64,000 nucleotides of DNA from Utricularia gibba (taxonomy: Eukaryota; Plantae; Magnoliophyta). The stretch lies in assembly GCA_002189035.1 (NCBI GenBank), contig NEEC01000010.1, forward strand, positions 3,286,001 through 3,350,000. The letters are read 5' to 3'. Positions 12,591-24,523 of the stretch are shown here, piece after piece. Within the stretch, counting starts at the first letter, position 1. Each line of letters begins with the position of its first letter. A program made the translations under genes and the position numbers. The notes below the pieces were generated by a model. It did no database searches. It was not told the DNA's origin and worked only from the letters and a program-made list of their open reading frames with translations.

Positions 12591-14223
12591 ATGGCGGCGA
12601 TTGTGAACCCGTTTACTATTCCCAGAATACCCCCACCCCAGATATCTTCGCTCTGCTTCATTCCTTCGTTTCTCTGCCATTTTCCCCATGTCTTAGAAAC
12701 TTCTCGCGCATCTCAGCGCCAAAAGTTCGCCCACATTCCCCAGGTCTCACCGTTTGCTGCGGCGCAAACACAGCCCACGATGCGCAATATACCGTCGCTC
12801 ATTCCGACACGGGTGAGAAGCGAAAACTTTGAAATCCCCTTTTGCTCCCTCTTGGTGATTGATTATGTGGGTGATGTATGTTTCGTTCCTTTGTCTCCTA
12901 AGATTTGATTTTTACATAAAGGTTTTAAGCTGTTCGCATTCTTTCAAGAATTGGGATTTGGTGACGAGGATATTGAAGCAATTTTGGATGCCAACCAAGC
13001 TATTAAATTCACCAAAGTTGAATCTATTCGTAGAAGAATTCAACTCCTGCAATCTGCTGGATTGAGTCCGTCTGTTATATCGAGATTAGTTATCAAGAGG
13101 CCTCATGTATTGACAGATTCCGAGATAGATGCATTGCTGACCTTTATAATCAGTGATTTCTGTTTAGAATTTGAAGGGAAGATCGAGCTGGTTCAGATTG
13201 AGCGACTACTTAATGGAACAGCTTCTGGTTTCATGGCAGAATTCGATCGAAAGATCAGGTTGTTAGTGGAGTTTGGCATCCCAAAAGACAAGCTTGTACA
13301 TGTTCTTAACAGTGTTAACTTGACAAAGGCGGTATGTCTCAAGTCCATTGAAGAACTGGAGAGATCACTTGCTTACCTGCAACGATTCGGAGGTGTTAAA
13401 CTTATCCTTCGTCGCCCTGCGATTCTCGCGTACAGCTTGGAGGCCCAGTTGATTCCCAGAATCGGGTTCCTATTGCAGTTGAGTGGGGTGATGTTGTAGC
13501 TACCACCGCAGTTTTGACCAAATTTCCATTCTTTGTAGCTTATACAGTAGATCACGTACGTGATCATGTCGAATTCTTGCATTCGTATGCCGGTTTAAGC
13601 TACGACGAGATATTCAAGCTTGTCCTTGTATATCCAGGTTTGCTAAGTGCCAGCAGGAAGAGGAAACTCCACCCCGGATTGAGTTTCTGAAGCAATGTGG
13701 ATTGAATTCCGCAGATCTCTTCAGGTTTCTGGTGAAAGCGCCATTGTTCCTAAGCCTTTCATTTGAAGAGAACCTCGCCAATAAGCTTGTCTTCCTAGTG
13801 AAGCTCGGCTACGAAAACAGAACCAAGCACCTAGCAATGGCAATCGGAGCTGTGACAAGATGCAGTTGCAAGAACCTGCAAAAAGTCATCGGATTGTACT
13901 TGAACTACGGCATAAGCAGCGAGGATATATTAGATATGAGCAAGAGACATCCTCAGGTGTTGCAGTACAACCCGAAATCGTTAGAGGCGAAGCTGGACTA
14001 CTTGGTTGAAGAAATGGGGAGGGAGGTTGGAGAAGTGGTGTCCTTCCCAGCATACCTTGGATATAACCTTGATGACAGGATAAAACACAGGTTTGAGGAG
14101 AGGAGGAAGGTGGTGGGAGAAGGGATGTCCATCAACAAGCTCCTCAGTGTGTCTGCTGCAACCTTTTCAACCAGGAGCAGAAGGGAGGAAGTGCCCACCA
14201 ACCCCATCGATGGAGACCAATGA
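12591..14223 (+). CDS. mTERF8: Plastid mTERF protein (mTERF8/PTAC15-like), with 2-3 apparent -1 frameshifts
   Basis: RRPAILAYSLEAQLIPRI; (HPR)IEFLKQCG; FLVKLGYENRTKHLAMAIGAVTR; HPQVLQYN; FPAYLGYNLDDRIKHRFE match recalled mTERF8. Frame breaks at 13485-13488 and 13672-13675, probably also near 12630-12639. One intron at about 12813-12921. Confidence 0.88.
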
Positions 14224-14476
14224 ACGCAGGCTGTGCCTCGTCTCTTCAAGCAGTTTTGGGTCTGTAAATTCCATGCTTTACCAGAAAACACAGGAATCTT
14301 GATGCAAATTCTTCAAGGCATCCCCAGGCTTTTGACTGCGATCAACAAGCCCATAATTTAGTGTGAATTTTTTGAATATTAATCAATTAAATAATTAACA
14401 AATTAAAAATGACAGGATCTAGGTTGTAGTCTTCCTTTTAGGTTGGAGTTTATAGTATCTCACCTTATTGCATTTA

Positions 14477-14869
14477 TAAAAAATTTAATTTTCAAGTTTC
14501 AAAATTATATAACATATCTCTCAATTTGATTTTTTATAAATAATTTGATTTCAAATTTATAAATTATAAATATAATTCTTTATATTATTAAAACTAATCG
14601 ATTTTAACTTTAATATTATCATAATGATATATCATACGAGATGCAATATAAATCTAACATGAGTATCATTTGATTCATCAAACTTTTAATATGAACGTAA
14701 AGAATCCTAACACAAAATTTTATTGGATTTAAAATTAAAGTATATTAGTGATATAATGAATCAATTAATTTTTTAAAAATTTTAAAACTGTTTAGATTTT
14801 TTTATATAGTTTTGATGATTTAAGATGTTTTTTTTTTAATTTTGAAAATTTGATAATTAAACTTTTTAT
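14477..14869. mobile_element. AT-rich fold-back element with degenerate inverted arms of about 34 bp (MITE-like remnant)
   Basis: Reverse complement of 14477-14510 (tataattttgaaacttgaaaattaaattttttat) aligns with 14835-14869 (tttaattttgaaaatttgataattaaactttttat). The surrounding block is extremely AT-rich. No TSD found. Confidence 0.4.
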
Positions 14870-14968
14870 TATGTTTCAAATTGGAATTATTGTTCTTATA
14901 ATTTTTTTTATTCTTTTTATAGTAAAAAATATATATAATTATTAAAAATAGATAATTCCACTGAAAAT

Positions 14969-15010
14969 TGGGCCCCAGTAATGAATACCGGCCCAAGAAA
15001 GAACTAGGGC
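14969..15010 (+). promoter_or_regulatory. Site II motifs (TGGGCC, GGCCCA) in the RPL9 promoter
   Basis: Motifs at 14969-14974 and 14990-14995. These are typical of plant ribosomal-protein promoters. Confidence 0.55.
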
Positions 15011-15106
15011 TCCCTCATAGGATATAATCGCTCTGTATTTCAGTCATGGTGCCGCCTCCGTTCGCTGAACGGAAAAAATCGCTTGACACTGTAAGGGTGC
15101 GCAAGG

Positions 15107-16136
15107 ATGAAGACGATCCTGTCGTCGGATACTATGGAGATCCCCGATGGGGTGAAGATCAAGGTGAAGGCAAAAGTGATCGAGGTTGAGGGCCGAGGGG
15201 GAAACTCACCAGGGATTTCAAGCATTTGAACCTTGATTTCCAGTTGATGACTGACGAAGAAACGGGAAAAAGGAAGCTAAAGGTGGATGCTTGGTTCGGA
15301 AGCCGGAAAACGACGGCTGCTATTCGCACTGCTCTTAGTCACATTTCGAATCTTATTAAAGGTGTTACCTTGGGTTATCGCTACAAGATGCGATTCGTTT
15401 ATGCTCACTTTCCCATCAATGCTTCGATCACCAACAATGGAAAGGCTCTTGAGATACGGAACTTCCTTGGAGAGAAGAGGGTACCAATTAAATTCGTTTA
15501 TATATTTTCTGTTGCTCAGTCAATCTTCTTTAGGGTTTGCATTGATATTTCCAATTGTGATTTCTGTGTGAAGTGTTGCCAAAATTTATATTGTTGTCTA
15601 ATGCTGCATCCTTGGAGTGCAAAACAATATGCTAAAATGGTGTTTTTCCTCTCAAGATCATTGCTTTATTGCATTTTTTCCTGAATCATGTGCTTGGTTT
15701 CTTGTTATGTCTGGGCACTGCTTCCTGGCTTGTTTTGTTGAAAGCTTCATGTGTGTCGTATTCTTTGGAGAATTTCCGTTTATAGACCGCACACATTTTC
15801 ACATTGTCTGTATCTTGTGTACCAGGTGAGGAAGGTAGATATGCTCGAAGGGGTTAATGTCGTTCGATCCGAGAAGGTGAAGGACGAGTTGGTATTGGAT
15901 GGAAACGACATTGAACTCGTCTCTCGTTCATGTGCCTTGATAAACCAGGCAAGATACGATCACATCGTCTTTCTTTTCCTCCCTATTTTGCTTGCTTGTT
16001 CTAAGCACTCCCTAAGGTGTCACTGATGCTGTTGTCCTCGTTTTAACAGAAATGCCATGTGAAGAACAAAGATATCCGCAAGTTTCTTGATGGTATCTAT
16101 GTCAGCGAGAAGGGCGTCATTGCTGCAGAAGAATAA
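15107..16136 (+). CDS. RPL9: 60S ribosomal protein L9 (uL6), 3 exons, apparent -1 frameshift at 15193-15194
   Basis: [16 protein letters not shown]; [17 protein letters not shown]; [10 protein letters not shown]; [24 protein letters not shown]; [18 protein letters not shown]. One added C restores [15 protein letters not shown]. Confidence 0.96.
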
Positions 16137-16933
16137 GTAACTGGAGTATCCATTGCCTGCAAGGTCTTGCCGTTTTGATTTTTCGTTCCAAGAATGTCAT
16201 CTGTTGAGATCATCCCTCTCCTACCAATGTCATCTCCATTTGCATCTTGCTCAACTCATTCGGCTCGTTTTCTTCCATCTCTTAGGACCCAATATGTCAT
16301 AACTCTGTAGCTCTTGGATCCCTTTTATAACTGCAATGCTTTCTTTACTCTGAACAAGTTTCTTGAGAGTACTTCTATGGCATTAATGCGAGTATATTTA
16401 GGTGTAACTTTATGAAAGTGCCTAATTTGACTTTGATTCTCTTGTCGTAAATTTTGTATTAATGATCTTTGACGTTTGCTGCGCTATCATCACCACTTAC
16501 GAAAAGCTGTCATCTTCTTCTATATTCCAATTCTCAAGAATCATACTCCAACATGAACAATGGAGGAGCACGAGTGAAAGATGCTAGCATTCGTGTGCAG
16601 CTTTCAAAGGTGCTTTCTGACAACGGCCTGGTCTGCGTTTCGAATGTTGACCATGTGGGAAGAAGTTCGTAGCAGTATTAAAAGCGGAGATTATTCTATG
16701 GATCGTGTTCATACTTATCTTCTGATTTAAATGGGGAAAAAAAAAGGCTTCCGGTTTAGGCGTAGGATCGATAGAGAGCTGGTTGGATATGGTTGCCATT
16801 TTTAATGCAACATTGTGACTGAGTGAATGCGAACTGCCAACTGGCTGTTTTGTGTTTGACATCCGAGTTTTTCTCCAGAATCCCAGTCATCGCTCTCGGT
16901 TTGATTTCTTGTTTTTGATCGCAAAGATCAGAA

Positions 16934-18408
16934 ATGGGGTTGGAACGGGATGATGAAGTGAGGGCTGCTACTGGGTCGATGGAGGATCCGCAGAAAAGAT
17001 CGATTTTTCGCTACAATTCGCCTATGGTTCAGGTTATTTTGATCGGAGTAGTGTGTTTTTGCTGCCCTGGAATGTTTAACGCCCTGTCGGGGATGGGCGG
17101 CGGGGCCAGGTTGATCCCACGGCGGCCAACAATGCAAACACTGCTCTATACACAACCTTCGCTGTTTTTGGTGTGCTCGGAGGAGGAATCTACAACGTGC
17201 TCGGCCCCAAGCTCACTTTGTTCGCAGGATGCTCGACGTATGTCCTGTACGCAGGCTCTTTTCTCTACTACAACCATTTCCATCACGAGGGATTCGCCAT
17301 TGCCGCAGGGGCGTTTCTCGGGGTTGGAGCCGGTCTTGTGTGGGCGGCTCAGGGCGCAATTATGACATCTTACCCTTCACATCGTCGGAAGGGTACTTAC
17401 ATTTCTTTGTTCTGGAGTATTTTCAACATGGGTGGAGTCATTGGAGGTTTGATCCCTTTTGTGCTGAATTTTCATAGGAGTGAGGCTGCTTCGGTGAACG
17501 ATGCCACTTATATTGGTTTCATGATCTTTATGTCCATTGGAGCTCTGATTTCCTTGTCTATACTTCATCCCAGTCGTGTGATCCGTGATGATGGATCAAG
17601 GTGTACTAATATTCATTATTCCAGTGTATCAGTCGAAGTCACTGCAATTCTCAAGCTTTTCCTCGATTGGAAGATGCTGCTTCTGGTACCCGCCTGTTGG
17701 GCAAGCAACTTCTTCTACAGTTACCAGTTCAATAATGTGAACGGTGTACTGTTCAACCTCAGAACCAGGGGATTCAACAATGTTTTCTACTGGGGTGCTC
17801 AAATGATCGGCTCTATCTTCATTGGATACATAATGGATTTTAGCTTCAAGAGTCGTCAAAAACGAGGGCTGCTTGGCATCGGCGTAGTAGCCATTCTTGG
17901 GAGCTGCATATGGGGTGGAGGCCTTGCAAATCAGCTTGGTTACAGTCGTAGCAACTTGCCAGCCGAGAAGCTAGATTTCGAGGATGGGGGCGATTTTGCA
18001 GGGCCATTCGTCTTGTATTTCTGCTACGGATTGTTGGATGCAATGTATCAAAGCATGGTTTATTGGGTGATCGGCGGCCTAGCTGATGACTCTGAGATCC
18101 TCAGCAGGTACAAAAACAAAACATAATCTTGCTCACCAGCAGCAGCTTGTGCTGATAAGGTGAGAGATCTGATGATTGGGCTATATGTTCTGTTCTCCAG
18201 GTACTCAGGATTCTACAAGGGAGTGCAAAGTGCAGGGGGAGCAGTTGCTTGGCAAGTAGACACACACAGAATTCCGTTTTTGCATGAACTGATAACAAAT
18301 TGGGCACTTATGACGTTTAGTTATCCCTTGCTGCTTCTGCTGGTACTCAAAGCTGTCAAGGATGATGCTTCCCTTGAAGGAAGAAGGCCATTCCCTAACC
18401 TCCACTGA
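16934..18408 (+). CDS. UNC93-like MFS membrane protein, 2 exons, apparent -1 frameshift at 17102-17105
   Basis: RYNSPMVQVILIGVVCFCCPGMFNALSGMGGG; WAAQGAIMTSYP; FNLRTRGFNNVFYW; SR|YSGFYKGVQSAGGAVAWQVD. Confidence 0.92.
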
Positions 18409-20437
18409 GTGCCTTATCTTACAGCTCGTGCATTCTTCGTAAAACGGAAGAAATTGCTCGAAAGCAAGCTTAGTATGGCATAATCTTACACAAGCCACAT
18501 ATACTTGTTGATAATGAGGAATGTGAGTGACTCTTCCTTCCCACAAGCGCATTGTGCATTGTCTCAGAACACATAACAGAGCTTAAAGCTTCGTTCCCGG
18601 CCTGGGCTAGGCCCTGGTCTGCAGCCATCTAACGCGGAAGCAACGGTGGCCATGATCCTAGCGCCAGGCCCATGCTTAACATGGCGCAATAATCCAACTC
18701 GAACTCGATCGGTTAAATTGGGTGTCCGATGGCGTCCGTAGTTTTGCGGGGACAAAAAACATCTGCAAACAAAATCATTCCAAAGGGAAAATGCTGGTTT
18801 GATGGGGAAGCAATGGTGAAGATGTGCGGTCTCTATTAGCACCAAAACGGAGCACATGCTGAAGAAACTCATAGTTCACCTGTCAATTCCAGGCTCATAG
18901 ATACTGCTACTGGTGTGCCATTTTGGCTCATCATTCATAGTAAATGATGATGGTGATGATGATTAATACGATCATGGCTTGTATATGAGAACCCCCTTGA
19001 ACAAATCCACTGCATGACTTGGACCGCCCATTTGTTTTGACTTCTTTGGATGCATCATCTCCTTCCGGGGGGTTTCCAGAAACAGGAAGCCAATATACGG
19101 GGCCTTTGGTTTCTGTTGGGCGATGGATACAGAAGAGGTATTCGAAAAAAATGGTCTATTTCCCAACTGTACGTGGTCAAATCTCAGAAGACATGCAAAC
19201 CATTTCTTCGATGAAAAGATATCTATCACGTCTGCATCTGCCGGCATCACATCCTCAGCATTTAATGCTTCTGTTGCTGATGACAAAACCCTCCTTTTCC
19301 GTTTTCCTTTAGTTGTTTGACGTGTTTCTGTGGTATGCCTTTGTTTTTTTTATGCTCTTGAACGAATTCCCAACATAGAGAAAGATTGAAATGCTAACTA
19401 AAGGGAGGGCTGGCAATTGCATGGTATCAGATCAGATCCAGATGAGGGGAAACATGAACCAACAACATGGGCATGATGATCAGGAGGGTTATAATGCATG
19501 CAGCTTCTCTAGTAGTCATTCATACTGGAACTACTCCATTCGAATGCGCTCAACTCGTGTACCGGACAGTAAATGGGATGAGATTTGAGAGGTTCGCACA
19601 TACTTGTAGTTTGTTGCTTATTCATATCAGGAAGGTCAAATAAGAATGACCAAGGTGAGGGTAGCAAAATCACTAAAACCCTTTGGTTTTTTATGGTTTT
19701 TCTGAGGCATGATGGGGAGTTTCCAACCCCACCAGCCTCTTTAGAAGCCATCTAAAACTATTAATCAGAATTGGACTGAAACTCGTAACATGTTGTGTAG
19801 TGTGTTACCAAGAAACCAACTTCCTGTAAGTCCTCCTGATCCTCAAGAGCCACCACCCAGGGGGTGCTGTCCTCTGGACTTGTTTCTCTGGATTATGTGT
19901 AAGCAATTACTTCACAACAGATCAACTTTAAAGACAACTTTCCACATCCTATTACCGTCTTGTCTGCTCCCCCAACCATGGCTAATCTTGCGATAATGTT
20001 AGTCACACGCTGCCTTGTTCTTGCCAGTAGTCTCGCTTCATTAACTTCAAACCAACATTAGGCAAATGATCACGTGACAAGTTGCAGTTTTCTCCATACA
20101 TCAAGGCAGGATGGAGAAGGGTAGATATTGTTCCATGTGGCACGGCGTCTGTGGGGTGAGGAGGGGCGACTGTTCATGCAAGATCAAGGCATCATCATGT
20201 TTTTATAGGTTGACTCTGGTGCAACCATTATTCGAGCCCTAGCTAGAACAAAAGAAAGAAAAGAAAAGAATGATGTAAGAAGCTAGAAACTCGTGATGCT
20301 CCAGGTATGAAAATGGCCCACGCCATTCGATTATCCAATGATCATCTCCATCCACAACGTACGTACATGAGTGTAAGAAAATAATACATTGAGCATAACA
20401 ACAATGCTTGATGTCCAGACCAGACGGGAACCACTTG

Positions 20438-21521
20438 TTATTTTTCAGGGCTTTGGCTGCCTGCACAGACAATGGTTCTTAAGGGAGAGGTTGTCGCTGG
20501 ATGCACTGGGGATAATGTCGACTCAGGAGGTGGAGTTGTCAAGCAGGCGACAGTTGTTGTTGACACTAAGGAGGCCATGACAGATTCAATGTAGTCCACT
20601 TGACTAGCACAAGAAAGCTTGGGGATGCCCAAGAATTCATCGAGTGAATGATCATCAAAATTGGATGGCACATAATGAGTTGCAGGTAGATTATCCAGAA
20701 TGAAAGAGTTCAAATGATCCAAATGATGGATTTTGAGCCAATCAAATCCAGGTAAGGAGCCCTCATTGTGTTTCACAAGAAGAGTAGAGGGATTTCCACA
20801 AGAAAGCGGTGGATGAGAGAAGGGAATGTTGGGATCTGGATTACAAACCATGGGTTGATTTAGTCTACCTGCATCATCAAAGCAGCCTTGAACTGGGGCA
20901 GGAACTGAGAACTGGTCATTTTGGATCAGGCTGGTGTTTGGATTTAGGAAGTATAAGTTGTCCGAAATTGAGCCAGTCGAGAACCTTGTCTGGTTTTGCA
21001 TCGAAAACATCTTCTTCTTGATGCTTGAGTTCCAAAAGTTCTTGACTTCATTGTCAGTCCTCCCTGGTAGATGCTTAGCTATCTGAGCCCACCTGCAGAA
21101 ATGGAAATCGGAATTTGGCATGCAAGATCTAAACTTCCAAGTCAAATAGATGGTAGGAAAGATAATTCTTCCTGTTTCCAAGGACATTGTGAAGCTCAAC
21201 AATGAGTGCTGCTTCACTGTGGGAGAAGCTTCCTCTTTTGAGATCAGGCCTTAGATAGTTTATCCATCTCAATCTGCAGCTTTTGCCACATCTTTGTAAT
21301 CCTAGCAAGAAGATTATACATTGTTTTAGATGAGTTGATTTGGGGGTTCGAATCCGATATACTCAAAAGGTAGGAAGATACGTACCAGCAAGTCTAGGGA
21401 CAGAGCTCCAGCAGCCATGGCCATGTTTGGTTATGTAGTTGATGAGTTTCTCATCTTCCTCGGGAGACCAGAGCCCTCTCTTCACTTTCTGTTTGTTGCA
21501 GCAAGTATGGAGACCTCCCAT
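20438..21521 (-). CDS. MYB26: R2R3-MYB transcription factor, MYB26/MS35-like, 3 exons; second intron has a non-canonical GA donor
   Basis: [23 protein letters not shown]; [15 protein letters not shown]; [27 protein letters not shown] match recalled MYB26 residues. Intron 21093-21171 begins GAAGAA. Confidence 0.88.
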
Positions 21522-22167
21522 TTCTCAGGATTTGGAGTGAAAATTTGCAGAAGTTATCCCCTATATAACAAGAGTGAAGGGGCAAGCCATGCAAACTTGT
21601 GGGCTCCCATGGCTTGCAAATCAAGTGATGCTTTCTTTTAAGATCGTTACGCCTATGATCCATGTCCACAACACATTGGAAGTTGATACTGAACTTTGAT
21701 TTTGGAATTTCCATCAAGTGACATTTTTTTTTTCTTTTACTTATGGGTAACAACAAAACTCACACAAAAGTGTAGGAAAAATGAAAGCAATCACAGTAAC
21801 CAGCGGATTGGATAGAAGAACAATAGGTGCACAAAATGAATTGCCAAAACCTCCTTACAATCCAACGAAGGAGTGAGCATCTATGGTTTTATACAAAAAC
21901 ATGGGCACAAATCCTCACAGGAATACTGTAAATGGGTATGCAAGAGTGTGCGCCTACAAACACATTCTGTGGTGAGCGTACGCACTCTTGCATATGTCTC
22001 CCTCCATCAGTAGCCAGGGCAGTGGGCACGGAAACAAGCCATGCAGGTGTCCATTGTGTTCAAGATGAAAATGTTTACCTCCAGATGGGTATGTACACAG
22101 AAGCTGGCTATTCCAATCAAAATCTCAAGAATCAACGAAAAGAGAACCTTGTGATAAGTTTCACTGC

Positions 22168-24523
22168 TCATTGAGGGAGCTCGATACCACTTGTTTCGAC
22201 TAGATGCTGCACAGGTCGAGGTGGACCACTCAACGATGCGCTTATCCTACTGAAGACTACCTTTAATGGGATGCAGGAGGCTATAGGACTCCTGTGGGTT
22301 TTTACACCTGGTTTCCTTGCATGTTGTGGAAATCCACGAGTGCCTGTCAATGTAGATAACTTCCTTGTTTTCTTTGACAACATCCCATTTTTCCTTGATT
22401 TTCTGGATTTCGCTCTTGAGATGAAAGATTTAGAAGACCGTAGCTTGAAGGGGAGCCCCATCCCTTGCTGCTCATCAACAGGTGTGTCTTCATGCATATT
22501 GTCGATGACTAAATCATTGCAGGATCCATCTTCCAGTATCTCGATATTTAAAGATTGTCCTGAAATTGGAAGGTTATTCATCTTGCTCATCAGAGAAACG
22601 CATGGGACATTCTGGGGTTGGATGCCTGATTTCACCTTCACCACGACATTACAGAGGCAAGAATCAGAAAAATGGCCACTCAGAGAAAAATCAACAGAAT
22701 CATGTTTCTTGTTTGTGGAGGACAGGCATTGAGGGAGCAATTTCTGAGAAGCAACAGCAGCCTCTGCCTTTGATCCACTGGGATTACGTTCTTTCTCGTT
22801 CCAACTACAAATGTTCTCATCATCTGTATCCAATTTTCTTGCCCTTGAATTTCTCTTCCCTTTTGTCTGCCAATCTGAAGCAGATTTCTCCATTGTGAGG
22901 GTGATTTGATGAGGGTGACTAGTGGAATTGGTAGAACCCGACACTTTCTCCCCACTTCCAAAAGAGGGAGTTTCAACGAGAGTACTCTGGTTGGAGTGTG
23001 CACTGTCTCCAAGTTGTGCGCTCTGGGATGCATCAGACACAACTGAGATTAAGCCCATAAAAATAAAATTAATATATGAGCGTAATCAGATAAAAAAAAC
23101 ACAAAACATTGGCAGTCAAGTTCATTGTGCGGTAAGCAGGGTCATGGGAAGATGCGTTGCCATAACAAGAAAACTTGCCAAGAATGAGAAGATGCATATT
23201 GATAAGTCATACCTGCTGGCATGCCTTCTGACACGAGAGGTACATCAAACAAGTTTTCACAAGATTCATCGTCACCTTGCACAAAGGACAGGTTATCTTC
23301 CATCCATTCACGTGGCTGCATGGATGCATCCCTCAAGATACCATTACTGCATAAAAATCCCATAGAATCTTCCTCATTCTTGATCACAATTGATACGCTA
23401 TTGATTGATTCATTGACTTCAAAACCAGAAATATAGTGGTCAACTAGCACCTCATCAGAAAGGCCATTTGCACAGGGAAATTGTTCATGGGGTGAAGAGA
23501 GCATGGTACTACTCTCAAGAACTTTTGTCAAAGGCCGGTGACGGTTTTTCTTCTTCAAAGATTCATAAGCTATTTGAGAGCGCTTCCTCTTCAGAGATGA
23601 TCGGATACCCACTCCAAGGTCCTCAAGCCCTCTCATACGCTTCACACCTACGTCTTCCTCTGAGTCATTTGGTGTTTTCCGTTTTACAGGTCCATTCTTG
23701 GGCATTTCTTGTTCCTCAAATGACAGGTCTACTTCAGCTGCTCTGTGGTTGATATCTAAATGCTCAGAGATATGCAGATCCTGATGCTCAATTATTTCAC
23801 CAGTATTGGGTTCAGAAATTGGGCCATAAACCAGCCCAACCGCTCGTCCATTCTCCAATGGTGCAGCCGAAGCTTTGGGGTTGTCTTTGAGAAGAAGAGC
23901 ACTTTCGAGCTCTAGAGCATGACGAATAGCATCTTCTCTTCTTGCTTTTCTGACTCCTTTCTTAGTAATACGGGATGCAGATACCCTGGCTTTCTCAATG
24001 CAGTCTTCATACTCACCACTGCGAAAGGCTTTTATTCTTTTTGATTTCTCTAGATTGTACCAGTCTCTGTAAGGAATTGGAGGGGAGTTTTGGATCAAAA
24101 TACAACAACAAAAGAGTTACATGATCTTATCACACAACCTTTTTCACGCCAAACATGTCTAACAAATGGAAGATGCTGCAACCTAGGAAATCTATCTTGC
24201 AGTGCTGCCCAAACATGTCTAACACTGTACAAGAACACTGGTTATTTCAAACTTTTGTGTTACCCAAGTTTCAAGAAAGCGGAGATCATATTTTCTGTGA
24301 GATGAAATGAAATGAAAGATGCTTATACTTACACAGTTGTACCCTTTTTGCCAAGAAGCTTTACAGGGGTCCCTGATCTCGGTATGGCAGCTCGACCATC
24401 CGGAAGTTCATTCGGGCTGAGAATCTTCCCCGGCCACCATGATCCATTTCTCCGGCGGACCCAAACCAAAGCCCCAACTTTGAAATCATTGCCCGTATTA
24501 TGATCACTTCCAGTGCTGCCCAT
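22168..24523 (-). CDS. PWWP-domain chromatin protein (At1g51745/At3g21295-type), 3 exons
   Basis: VGALVWVRRRNGSWWPGKI; GTPVKLLG; DWYNLEKSKRIKAFRSGEYEDCIEKA; REDAIRHALELES; C-terminal CIPLKVVFSRI. Confidence 0.9.

Noticed and set aside
15046-15189. Out-of-frame upstream ATG overlapping the RPL9 start
   Set aside because: It lies within a few nt of the likely TSS (TATA-like at about 15022, initiator-like at about 15040), so it may be outside the mRNA or skipped. No conservation evidence.
15560-15640. Short hairpin followed by ACA in RPL9 intron 1 (possible H/ACA snoRNA)
   Set aside because: No convincing two-hairpin H-box architecture or guide sequence could be identified.
18564-18872. Minus-strand ORF with a hydrophobic start and a GPSPG motif, resembling PIP/CEP precursors
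   Set aside because: It lacks the SGPS...GH or terminal His consensus, the motif is not terminal, and there is no other support.
19771-19780. TTGGACTGAA, identical to the first 10 nt of miR319
   Set aside because: The match stops at 10 nt and no complementary star arm or hairpin is visible.
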